Shown: one piece after another, positions 8,684 to 19,154 of the stretch | Position numbering within the stretch: the first letter of the stretch is position 1 | How the letters are laid out: every line of letters begins with the position of its first letter | Source: Octopus sinensis | Taxonomy: Eukaryota | Assembly: GCF_006345805.1 (NCBI RefSeq) | Contig: NW_021823896.1 | Location: forward strand, 1-20,797 | Length of the DNA stretch: 20,797 bases | Direction: 5' to 3' | Made by a program: the position numbers and the translations under genes | The notes under the pieces: generated by a model | Told to the model about the DNA's origin: nothing | What the model saw: the letters and a program-made list of their open reading frames with translations, nothing else | The model's database searches: none

Positions 8684-8744
8684 AGTATATTTCCGCAGAC
8701 GGGTAAAGAAACCATCAACTGTACATAAAGTCCACATCAAATAT

Positions 8745-8793
8745 TGGTGCTCCAGCATGACCACAGCCGCATAGCTGAAACGAGTAAAAGAGA
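8745..8793 (+). mobile_element. SINE family B (or partner LINE) extreme 3' tail fragment
   Basis: GGTGCTCCAGCATGACCACAGCC...CTGAAACGAGTAAAAGAG. Confidence 0.65.
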
Positions 8794-9249
8794 GTATATA
8801 TTCGACGAGATTTTGCACCCTGTCAGTGAATGTGCCGTTGTGAGTCTTAAACTGAATTTAAAATAACAAACTCAACACAGAAATGCACCAACGAGACAAG
8901 GTTGCTGCTGGTAGCATTTTTTCTAAAAGCTAAGCATCTTTACGTTCGCTGAACCGTGATAAATTGAATGAAGTTTATAAACCAGAGACACGGCGTGAGG
9001 GAAACGTTTTTAGTGGGATAAGCGGTAACACTCCATCACTCCGCGCAAGAGAAAGAAAAAAAATGAAGAGCAAAAACATACAGAAAAAAAAAAGATACAA
9101 CGATAAAATGTCGATAGTCAGATATGTTATCCATTTTAGCAAAGAGAGAGAAAAAATCCCATTAATAACTGTTTTGCTTTTCTTATGAAGGAATGTAGAC
9201 AACATAGTAAAACTTGTAAACAAATAATGCAATTCAAATCTTGGCAGCA

Positions 9250-9307
9250 TCGTTTCATTGCGAAACTATAGGAAGCCATGGCTTGCTTTTTCTGCTCGGT
9301 GGAGGTG
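9250..9307 (+). other. Candidate first exon of a plus-strand transcript (start approximate)
   Basis: Unique sequence with gccATGG at 9275-9281 and donor GTG|GTATGT at 9308, followed by a T-rich intron-like stretch. Confidence 0.3.
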
Positions 9308-9357
<50 letters not shown>

Positions 9358-9670
9358 GTGTATGTGTGGAGGTGTTTTTATAAACGATGCGTTTGAGGGT
9401 GAAGCTTTCCAGGTGTTGCCGGTTTTTCGTTAGATATTTAATGATAAATGGTGAGAAAGGGTATCGTTTCGTACCCAGTGTGTTTTTGATATTAACACTC
9501 TGGCAACTTGACCTAAATTTTCCAGAGTAATTTTATGTATTCCATCATTTTTTTAGGGGCATTTCATGTGTTTTAATAGTTTATAATCATAACTGATAAA
9601 TCTATTTCGAAAATACGTTTGTGTTAAGTATTATTCTTTTATTCTCGTTTTTTTTTTTTTTTGTTTTCAG

Positions 9671-9727
9671 CATCTTTAATGTGGAATTTTGATGTTCCAT
9701 TATCTTTTCCAATATTTTCTAGCGTTG
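9671..9727 (+). other. Candidate 57-nt internal exon
   Basis: Long polypyrimidine tract and TTTCAG acceptor ending at 9670; donor TTG|GTAAGG at 9728. One frame is open (ATG 9679: MWNFDVPLSFPIFSSV). Confidence 0.45.
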
Positions 9728-10339
9728 GTAAGGGTATTATGGGTATCACAATCAGGGCATAGATTTCTTTCATGTGTTGGTTAACACTGCTTTATGTTCT
9801 AAGTTTAAATCTCATCAGAATGGTGAGGAGAGAAGGACGGCTTTATTTTCCCTTTCTACTTTTTTCCTAAGCTCTATAAAATAAAGGGCGTGTTTTTTCT
9901 GAAGATTTAATGTATCACATGGCCACGTACAGGCTTCGTTTGTTAATATCAATATATAGTAACATATTGAAGGATTTACGTTCGGTGGTCAGATCTCATT
10001 TTGGTCAACTTTGCGCTTAATCCCATCACCCGGCGGGGTGGTCGATATAAAAATAAATCTATACCGGTAATATAATGCAAATCGATCCGATCGATTACAC
10101 CGCACCCCTTTCTCTTTCTTAGATTGTGTCAAGAAACAAAGTGTAAGAGGTGCTTTCCCTGCAACTAGTCCACAAGGCATGATTTCGACAACCAATGAAC
10201 ACCACCTCATCACTCTTAGTCTTTAACACCACTAACTCCCCGCCTACACTAAAAATATATGACTTTTAAAACAAGGGACAAAGAAACTAATGCTTTCTAG
10301 TTGGCATTTACCAGAGAAGTTTGAGTGTTGTATAAAATG

Positions 10340-10450
10340 CTACGCATTATTTTGCGACTCTCTACAGTTTGAGTTCAAATCCTATCCCGGAGAGAACTTT
10401 ACTTTTTATCCTTTTGGGGACGATGGAAAAAGTACCAATCCAGGTAGTGG
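10340..10450 (+). mobile_element. SINE family A, old fragment
   Basis: GAGTTCAAATCC B box followed by ACTTTTTATCCTTTTGGGGACGAT...AAGTACCA. Confidence 0.6.
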
Positions 10451-10879
10451 GTTAATAGGAGTGTTAGAAGGTTGAGCAAGGCGTCTTGAGGTATTTGTTC
10501 CGGTTGCTTGCGTTCTGTGAGCAACACTTGCAATGATACCGGTACCAAGATGTTTCGGCCCAAATCGGTGGTCTTACTTTTCGTTAAACATTGGTGGACT
10601 GGAGAAAGGAGTCTTGCATTCATGGGAAATTGTCACTCTTCCTCAAAGGGTCTTACCCTGCCCTGCACATACAAATACAGCTGCATGCTCAATCTTGATT
10701 ACTAGAGTATCTCCCTTACAACATATTACTGAAATGTTTAAACACATATTGAACTATATCGTAAAACGTCTTAGATAAAGTAATATAATAAATATCTTAT
10801 TCTAAATTTCCGACGTCATAAATATCTGAGGTCGTAAATATCTTATGTCGTAAATACCCGATGTTATAAATTCATCTTG

Positions 10880-11092
10880 AGGCGGCGAGCGGGAAGAATC
10901 GTTACTGCACTGTGCAAAACGCCAAGTGGTATTTCTTCTGGGTTTATATTCTGAGACCAAATACCGACGAGGTCGATTTTGACTTTCATCCTTTCGACGT
11001 TGATCAAATAAGTACCAGTCGAGCAAAGGGGTCTATGTACTCGACTTATCCTCCCCCTAAATTTTCTGGCCTTGGGCCAAAATTTGAAATCA
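10880..11092 (+). mobile_element. SINE family A, old monomer with Y-type tail
   Basis: AGGCGGCGAGC head, family-A body and tail CTCCCCTAAATTTTCTGGCCTTGGGCC. Flanked by ttataaatNNNtcttg repeats. Confidence 0.85.
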
Positions 11093-11108
11093 TTATAAAT
11101 TAGTCTTG

Positions 11109-11328
11109 AGGCAAAGAGAAGGCAGAATCGTTGCCGCACCGGCCAAAATGCTTAACGGCATTTCTTCCGGTTGTGTACGGTTCTGTATGTTCTGAGTTCA
11201 AAAACTGACGAATTCCACTCTGCCTTTTACCCTATAGGGGTCGATGAAATAAACTGCCAGTTAAGTACAAATGTTGTTGTTTATCAACTAACCCCTTATT
11301 GCAGAACTTGTGCCAAATTTAGAATGGA
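11109..11328 (+). mobile_element. SINE family A, second old monomer in tandem
   Basis: GGCAGAATCGTT head, TTCTGAGTTCAAA, GCCTTTTACCCTATAGGGGTCGAT and tail CTTGTGCC. Confidence 0.8.
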
Positions 11329-11394
11329 TTATAAATCCGTCTTGCCGGGATGATGCCAAAATCATCAAGACGGAGACGACTTTTTAAGGTTTAC

Positions 11395-11800
11395 GTTACT
11401 CTTTTACTTGTTTCAGTCATTTGACTGCGGTCATGATGGAGCACCACCTTTAGTCGAATAAAATCGACCCCAGGACTTAATCTTTGTAAGCTTCTATCGG
11501 TCTCTTTTTGCCGAACCGCTAAGTTACGTGGACGTAAACACACCACCATCGGTTGTCAAGCGATGCTTGGGCTGGGGGGGGGACACACACAGACACAAAC
11601 AACAAACACATACATACATATATATACATATAGATATGTATATATACGACGGGCTTCTTTCAGTTTCCGTCAACCAAATCCACTCACAGGGCTTTGGTCG
11701 GTCCGAGGCTATAGTAGAAGACTCTTGCCCAAGGCGCCACGCAGTGGGACTGAACCCGGAACCATGTGGTTGGTAAGCAAGCGACTTACCACACAGCCAC
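11395..11800 (-). mobile_element. tRNA-derived SINE family B (CORE-like), near full length
   Basis: Minus strand shows A box TGGCTGTGTGG, B box GGTTCAGTCCC, CORE-like CCTTGGGCAAG, an internal TA/TG microsatellite and tail GGTGCTCCATCATGACCGCAGTCAAATGACTGAAACAAGTAAAAGAG. Confidence 0.92.
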
Positions 11801-12029
11801 TGGAATCCGAAAATAATTCGAGAATCAAAACTCACAGAAGAAAAATAAAATAATACGAAATAAAAGGAAAGCAATGCATGAAAATATATAACTTAAAAAA
11901 TAATGGGAGAGAAAACGTGAACCAATGACTGTGGCTACCACACGAAAATCGGTTCATATTTTAATGTGCGTGCGAAGTGTGTGTGTATACGCATACGCAC
12001 ACGCACACACACGTACACACACACACACG

Positions 12030-12061
<32 letters not shown>

Positions 12062-12484
12062 ATATCTATTAATTACGGTTGCATATCGTCTACAGAGTGA
12101 TTGCTTTCGATGGCCTGTATGGCTTGATGAGCTTAATATCCCGGGGATACTTTGTCATTAAATTTTAATTACTATAATTGCTAAGAAACATTCCTCATTT
12201 CCGGTTTAATACATTCCATTTTTACACCTCACCGCCCCTCCCACCCCCACCACCATCACCACCAAAAACAAAAAAAAACATGGTTCTATGGTTAAATAGC
12301 CGACACTATACGAGGGGCCTCGAACAAGGGTTTTAACACAGCAACAATAACGACAACAATAAAAGAGGAGTCAATGCAACTCTATTTCTTTACCGTCCCA
12401 CTTTATGTCACGTGACATCGTCTCCATTGTTTCGGTGGAAAGCCAGAGAAAATGCCTTCCGGTGCTTAATTACAAGGTTTTCAC

Positions 12485-12494
12485 TTACACACAC

Positions 12495-12527
<33 letters not shown>

Positions 12528-12745
12528 AAGAGCAGCTCTCTCTCTCTCTCTCTCTTTCATAATCTCATTTTTTTCTCTCTCATTCTTTCTTTCTTTCTTT
12601 TTCTTTTCTCTCTCTCTCTCTCTCTCTTTCATTCTACCTTTCATTCTTTCTCTCTCTCATTCGTTCTCTCATTCTTTCTCTCTCAATCATTCTTCCTCTC
12701 TCTCTCTCATTCTCTCTCTCCATCTCTCTCTCCCTCCCTCTTTCC
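12485..12745. repeat. (CA)n followed by degenerate (CT)n polypyrimidine tract
   Basis: Directly visible. Confidence 0.9.
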
Positions 12746-12824
12746 TTGGGACATTCCCACAAGATGACATTGGTGGTGATTATGATGGTTATGATGATGT
12801 CCACAATCATCGCTGTCGTCTTGC

Positions 12825-12900
12825 GAATCCTTTCTACTTAAGGCACAAGGCCTGAAATAAGGGAGAGGGGACAGCCGATTACATCGACCCCAATACTAAA
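12825..12900 (-). mobile_element. SINE family A, 3' (Y tail) fragment
   Basis: TTTCTACTTAAGGCACAAGGCCTGAAAT...ATCGACCCCA matches 13591-13660. Confidence 0.7.
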
Positions 12901-13021
12901 TTAATGTGGTTGAGAAGCTTACTTTCCAACCATGTTCCGGACCGACAAGCATTTTTAGATTTTGTTACTTAATCTTTTATAGTCTGGATTATCACTTTTA
13001 ATACTTGTAAATCTTATTATT

Positions 13022-13396
13022 ATTTTACCTTTTTACATGTTTAAGCCATGCTGGAGCACTGCCATAAAGGGTTTTAGTCGAAGAAATCGGTCCCAGGACT
13101 TATTCTTTATAAGCCTAATACTTATTCTATCGTTCACTTTTGACGAACCGCTAAGTTATGGGGACGCAAACACACCAGTATCGGTTGTTAAGTGATGATG
13201 GAGAAACAAGCACAGACACACAAACATAGATACACACACACACATATTAACGGGCTTCTTTCAGTTTCCGACTACCAAATCTACCCGCAGGCCTGTGGTC
13301 GGCCCGAGGCTAGAGTAGAAGATACTTGCCCAAGGTGCCACGCAGTTGAACTGAACCCCGAACCATATGGTTGAGAAGCAAACTTCTTACCACACA
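13022..13396 (-). mobile_element. SINE family B, near full length
   Basis: Colinear with 11395-11800. Confidence 0.9.
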
Positions 13397-13590
13397 TATT
13401 TTATATATTCTTATATTTATATAGTTTCTATTTTTTTATTGGTTTCAGTGAGTGGAATTAGTCTGGTACAAATTTCAAAATTCCCGCAAAATACAAAATG
13501 AAAATAATCATCGCCTTACAGAGGGAAGAATGAAAATAAAGATGAAAAATGGTGAAGCGTAAAGCCAGAATGATTGTTGCAAAAGACAAT

Positions 13591-14157
13591 CGCTTCTACT
13601 CTAAGCACAAGGCCCGAAACTTTGGGGGAGGGGGCCAGAGTCGATTGGATCGGCCCCAGTACGCAACTGGTACTTAATTTATCGACTCCGAAAAGATAAA
13701 AGGCAAAGGCGACCTCCGCGGAATTTGAACTCAGAACGTAAAGACAGACGAAATACCTATTTCTTTACTACCCACAGAGAGGACAAACAAGGACAGACAA
13801 ACAGATTAAGTCGAGTTTATCGACCCCAGTGCGTAACTGGAACTTATTTAATCGATCCCGAAATGACGAAAAGCAAAGTCGACCTCGGCGAAATTTGAAC
13901 TCAGAACGTAGCGGCAGACGAAATACCTATTTCTTTACTACCCACAAGGAGCTAAACACAGAGAGGACAAACAAGGACAGACAAACGGATTAAGTCGATT
14001 ACATCGACTCCAGTGCGTAACTGTACTTAATTTATCGACCTTGAAAGGATGAAAGGCAAAGTCGACCTCTGCGGAATTTGAACTCAGAACGTAGCGGCAG
14101 ACGAAATACTGCTAAGCATTTCGCCCGGCGTGCTAACGTTTCTGCCAGCTCGCCGCC
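13591..14157 (-). mobile_element. SINE family A, trimeric form (head-X-X-Y)
   Basis: Unit junctions GAAATACCTATTTC at ~13750-13763 and ~13920-13933. 17-bp TSD ttgttgc(a/t)aaaga(c/t)aat at 13574-13590 and 14158-14174. Confidence 0.93.
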
Positions 14158-14371
14158 TTGTTGCTAAAGATAATATATGATGAATATTGTTGCGATGTGT
14201 GGGGGACCTCCGTTAATATCGACGAAGAGCATTTGGAGGTTCTACTCATCGACTCCTTTACTCGTGAAATTATCATGAAAGACATTTGAGTATTCCGCAA
14301 ACAAGAATACAATGAACGTAATTCTCCGGCCAAATGAGCTGGACTCCATTTGACAAGACTATTCCTGCAAT

Positions 14372-14697
14372 GAAGGCACGTGGCTCAGTGGTTAAGGTAT
14401 TTGACCCATGATCGTAAAGATGGAAGTTCGATTCCCGGCGGCGCTGGGTTTCCTTGAGGGTAGACACTTTATTTCACTTCGCTCCAGTTCACTCAGCTGG
14501 CGACAATGAGTTGTTCCCGTAAGTAAAAAAGGCCAGCCTTATCTCATTTTGTGTCACGCTGAATCTCCCCGAGAACTACGTTAATGGTACACATGTCTGT
14601 GGAGTGCTCAGCCACTTGCACGTTAAATTCACGAGCAGGCTGTTCCGTTGACCGTATCAACTGGAACCCCTGTCGTCGTAACCGACGGAGTGCCAGC
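14372..14697 (+). mobile_element. tRNA-derived SINE family C, full length
   Basis: A box TGGCTCAGTGG, B box GTTCGATTCCC, central domain and 3' end ACCGACGGAGTGCCA. Possible TSD tattcctgcaa (14360) / tattccagaaa (14701). Confidence 0.9.
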
Positions 14698-14743
14698 TTA
14701 TATTCCAGAAAGAGAGAGACAGACAGAGACAGAGGGAGAGTAG

Positions 14744-14777
<34 letters not shown>

Positions 14778-14814
14778 CAAAAGGTACCCCCAAATACTAG
14801 ACTGATATTTAGTT

Positions 14815-14952
14815 ATCGACTACGCACACACACAAAAAAAAGTAAGACGTAACTAAAGAGGGTCTCCGCAGAATTAGAACTTGAGACATCCAGAACGAAT
14901 GCTACATAAAATTCTATCCGATGCTCTAGCGATTCTACCAAACCTGACGCCT
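14815..14952 (-). mobile_element. SINE family A, old 5' fragment
   Basis: GAATTAGAACTTGAG (reverse B box) and CTAGCGATTCTACCA...CGCCT (reverse head). Confidence 0.6.
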
Positions 14953-15289
14953 CGTGTTAAGACGCACCAAGTTATAAGAAAATGAAATTTAATCAACCAG
15001 TAATATCTACAAAGCCGGAAAATTTCCCAAACAATTTTAACATTTTACGTTCCTCATCATCGTTTTATTTTTATCATTTTCTTCGTCAAATTTCGTTCAT
15101 CGACGCCTGCCATCTTGTTTCTTTTTTTTCTTTTGTTTTATTTAATTTTTTTTTTTTTGTTTTCTTGGTTTCGGACTTGCTGCTATTTTTTTCGTTTCTT
15201 TTTTAGTTTATTTCTATGTAAGTTTCTTTATTTTAATATAACTTTTGTTTTTTTTTCTTTTTGTCTACTTGTTTTATTAGTGTTCGTCA

Positions 15290-15580
15290 TTATCCTCACC
15301 ACCACCACCACCACCACCACCACCACCACCACCATCACCACCACCACCATCACCACCACCACCACCACCACCACCGCTACCACTGTCATCATCATCATCG
15401 TCATCATCATTTTCTTTTTCTTCTTCTTCTTAAACGTCATCATAGATTCTTTCTTCGTTTTCGTCGTTGTTTACTTGTTTTTCCTTTCATTCTTATTTTT
15501 CATCGTTATCGTCATTGTAGTCATCGTCATCATCATCATCATCATCATCATCACCATCTTCGTCGTCTTCGTCGTCGTCT
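15290..15580. repeat. Compound trinucleotide tract (CAC/CAT/CTT/CGT)
   Basis: Directly visible; source of the poly-His and poly-Thr ORFs. Confidence 0.93.
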
Positions 15581-15803
15581 CCTCTTATTCATGACTCACT
15601 TATAAGCGACAGCCTCCAGAGAGATAAGATGCGTTTTCACTAAATTCGTAATAAAACTATTGATTTTTATCAAGCCCGCGCTCCCGCCCGCCCGCCCACC
15701 TGCCTGCATGCCAGATGCACGTTGGTCTAATGCTGTGGAATTTCATTCTTTTGCTCTTCAGTAAAAGAAAGCAAAAGCATAGCTGTTCCACGAAACAACT
15801 GCT

Positions 15804-15856
15804 TTAACGTGCAATTAACGTGGAATTAACGTGGGATTAACATGGGATTAATGGGA
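15804..15856. repeat. 11-bp tandem repeat x5 (TTAACGTGGGA-like)
   Basis: Units start at 15804, 15815, 15826, 15837 and 15848. Confidence 0.9.
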
Positions 15857-16079
15857 TGTAATAACATACCAACTGCGGGAGGGAAAAAAACAACAAAAAA
15901 AAACTGGAATAGAGAAGCTTTTAATAACATAACAAAAATGCTTTAAACCCAGTTGAGCGTCAGAGAAAAAAAAAACCCAGATCTTATGATGTTTTGGGTT
16001 TGATGTCATTGTTGACGTTATTTAAGTGTCCAGAGTCTTTTCAGTTCAAACAGGACGATGATCAAAATCATAAGTTAGA

Positions 16080-16160
16080 TTCTACTTTTTATATTCTAAC
16101 TGTTGCAGTCATCGGATTGCGGCTGTGCTGGAGCACCGCCCTGTAAGGTTTTTGTGGAAT
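16080..16160 (-). mobile_element. SINE family B, 3' fragment
   Basis: CAGTCATCGGATTGCGGCTGTGCTGGAGCACCGCC. Confidence 0.7.
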
Positions 16161-16261
16161 AAATCAACCGCAGTATACATTTAAGTAAAAAAAGAAAAAA
16201 GAAAAAAAAAAAGAAAGAAAGAAAATAGCGATGCCTGTCTTAGAGATATTTTTATAGACTT

Positions 16262-16595
16262 AGCATGGCCGAACGGCTGAGACGATCGCTTCAAAATCAT
16301 GAAGACCTGAGTTCGATCACTCAACGTGTCTTCTTGCGCAAATGTATTTTATCTTTGGTCTCGCATACCTTGTGATTGGAATTAGAAGAAAACTGTGCAG
16401 AATCCTGTCGGATAGACTGTATTTGTAATTCAAGGCTTCTATGCTGGTCACACTGTATTATATAGATTCTACCAAATGATTAAGTTAAAGGTTACACTTG
16501 TCTGTGGAATACTCAGCCACTCACAAGCTAATTCAATGAACAAGTAGCTCAGTTGATTGAACGACTGAATACTCATCATCGAGACTGACGGAGAT
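16262..16595 (+). mobile_element. Old SINE remnants (tRNA-like head and B-like body, then C-like 3' part)
   Basis: TGGCCGAACGG and GAGTTCGATC boxes; CCTTGTGATTGGA...AAACTG; TGTCTGTGGAATACTCAGCCACT...TGACGGAG. Confidence 0.55.
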
Positions 16596-16687
16596 CCATT
16601 TGTATAAGAACATCAACTTCACCGATCTTACTGGTCTTGGAAGACCTGTGTGCATCATGGACATATCACTTTCCTCCCATTGAAGCC

Positions 16688-16987
16688 AAGGCGCACCCGT
16701 GTGCTAAGAAGTTTGCCTCCCAACCACAGGGTTCTGGGTTCAGCGAACCCTACTGCATTCTTTCACCACAACTTTCTCTCACTCTTTTTTCCTGTTTCTG
16801 TTGTACCTGTATTTCAAAAGGCCAGCCTTGTCACACTCTGTATTACGCTGTATCTCCACCGAGAACTGCGTTAAGGGTACATGTGTCTGTGGAGTGCTCA
16901 GCCACTTGCACGTTTAATTTCACGCGCAGGCTGTTCGGTCTATCGGATCAACTGGAACCCTCGTCGTCGCAACCGACGGAGTTCCAC
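16688..16987 (+). mobile_element. Family-B head fragment joined to a family-C-type 3' region
   Basis: 16688-16743 resembles the B head (AAGAAGTTTGCCTCCCAACCACAGGGTTCTGGGTTCAG). 16800-16987 is colinear with 14510-14696. Confidence 0.75.
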
Positions 16988-17077
16988 GATATTCTATTAG
17001 ATAACAGATAGAAAAGGCGAAATAACTGATTAAATAGATATAATATTATAGAAATATTCTGCAGAACGGCTGACATT

Positions 17078-17176
17078 ACTGTGTGGTGAGAAGTTGGTTT
17101 GCCAACCACATGGTTCTCGGTTCAGTCCTCTGCGTGGATTTCGTTGGGGGAAACAAAAAGAAGCTCAGCGTGTGTG

Positions 17177-17228
<52 letters not shown>

Positions 17229-17750
17229 TTTTACTTGTTTCAGTCATTTGGCTATGGCCATGCTGGAGCACCGCCTTTAGTTGAACAAATCGACCCCAGG
17301 TCTTATTCTTTATAAGCCTATCAGTCTTTTGCCGAACCGCTAAGTTACAGAGACATAAACGACGGGCTTCTTTCAGTTTCCGTCTGCCAAATCCACTCGC
17401 AAGGCTTTGGTTGGCTCGAGGCTATTGTAGAAGATACTTACCCAAGGTGCCACGCTCTGGGACTGAACGCGGAACCATGTGGTTGGTAAGCAAGCTTCTT
17501 ACCACACAGCCACGCCTACGCCTATGTGTGTGTATGTATGTGTGTGTGTTTGTCAATATCATTGCTTTACAACTGCTGTTGGTGTATTTGTATACCCGTA
17601 ACTTAGCAGTTCGACCAAAAGTACCGATAGAATACGTGCGAGTTTTAACAAAAATGATCTTAAGTACGGGGGTTGAGGGTGTCGATTCGCTTTGACTCAG
17701 ACACTTCAAGGTGGTGCTCTAGTGTGCTGTAGTCCAACGATTAAAACAAA
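17078..17750 (+). mobile_element. Old SINE family B copy interrupted by a nested insertion
   Basis: Head at 17078-17180; the body resumes after 17523 (CCCGTAACTTAGCAGTTCG...GGTGGTGCTCTAG). Confidence 0.72.
17225..17522 (-). mobile_element. SINE family B, younger internally deleted copy nested in the previous element
   Basis: Colinear with 11395-11800 but lacks the internal microsatellite segment (join near 17360). Confidence 0.9.
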
Positions 17751-18078
17751 AGACAGAAACTTAAACGATATTATGTAGCGATTGTTCGATAAAGAAAAAC
17801 TGATCGACATTAATTACGTTATTCACCATACAGCAAATGATATAAATTGCTTTAATACGTGTATGTAAATGTAATTAAGCTTGCTGTGAAAAGTGTTTTG
17901 GATTATAACATAAATTAATGAGACCACGTGATCAGGCTATTTGACTATTGCGGCGACAACGCGTTGCTCTATGTAACAACAATATTGTCTGGCTTATTAC
18001 GTTCCAGTAATTGCCCTCTCTCTTTCTCTCTCCGCCCCTCAACCCTCATTGTCTTCTTTTTCTCTGTCTCTCAGTATG

Positions 18079-18123
<45 letters not shown>

Positions 18124-18404
18124 GGGTTTCATTATGTATATTACGTATGTTTTTTCTGTGTTTATGGCTACGTATGTATGCATGTGTATGTGTGTGTATA
18201 CACACGGATGTACATATATACTCACGCATAAACATATATACATACACACATATACATAGATAGATAGAGAGATAGATAGATAGATGGATACACATTTATA
18301 TAAATACATATATACATACTTAAATAATCTCTCTCTCTCTCTCTCTCTCTCCATATATATATATATATATATATAATATATATATATATAAACGTATATA
18401 TTCT

Positions 18405-18468
18405 TTTACCCTCTTATTCTTTTGCACGTTTCAGTCATTTGACTGCAGCCATGCTTGAGCACCACCTC
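18405..18468 (-). mobile_element. SINE family B, 3' tail fragment among microsatellites
   Basis: GTTTCAGTCATTTGACTGCAGCCATGCTTGAGCACCACC. Confidence 0.75.
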
Positions 18469-19154
18469 GCATGTATGTATGTATGTATATTCATACATAT
18501 ATTCATACACATACAGGCACGCACACACACATACACACACACACACACACACAACACACACACACACACACACTCGCAACACTCACCACACATACACGCA
18601 CAAACACATACACACACTCACCACACACACACTTATATACATAATGCCTAACGCGTTTCGATAACGTTGCGATTGTGACAACACGTGACCAAGCACGTAG
18701 ACTATAGCAATTTCCTATCTCCTTTACAAGAACAGTGTCTGTCTCAGTGGTATTAATATTGATTGGTTGTTTTAATTAGAGATTAACTTGATAACAATTG
18801 TTCTATCTATAATTGCCATCACCCATGAACATTTTATAGATGTTTATAGACCTTCATTACAGGCAAAACGTATCATTACAGTCGTCTTTTACGGTTTGCT
18901 TTTTAATTCTTTCAGAACTTATTATATTGATTGTTGAATGAATTAAGATGATGGGCAAGAAAGGCCGGGCGGAAGAGAAGGACAGCGGACGAAATGTCAT
19001 TATTGTGTTGAAGTTAATCTTAACACGTTTGGCATAGCGATTCATATATTGACACATCTCTGATCGATTAAATTTAAATAGGAGTCAAGAACTAGTATCG
19101 ATTCACATGATCACTTGGAGGCGAGGACACGAACACACACACACACACACACAA

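Noticed and set aside
12309-12335. TACGAGGGG resembling a mariner TIR start
   Set aside because: No partner inverted repeat or transposase remnant found nearby.
14372-14440. tRNA gene
   Set aside because: A and B boxes are present, but there is no complete cloverleaf and the sequence runs into a repeated SINE body. The same applies to other SINE heads.
15115-15605. Poly-His/poly-Thr ORFs resembling a metal-binding protein
   Set aside because: Compound trinucleotide microsatellite, open in several frames on both strands.
18916-19037. Possible plus-strand exon after TTCTTTCAG (MMGKKGRAEEKDSG...)
   Set aside because: Short ORF ending in a stop, no convincing donor and no recognisable homology.
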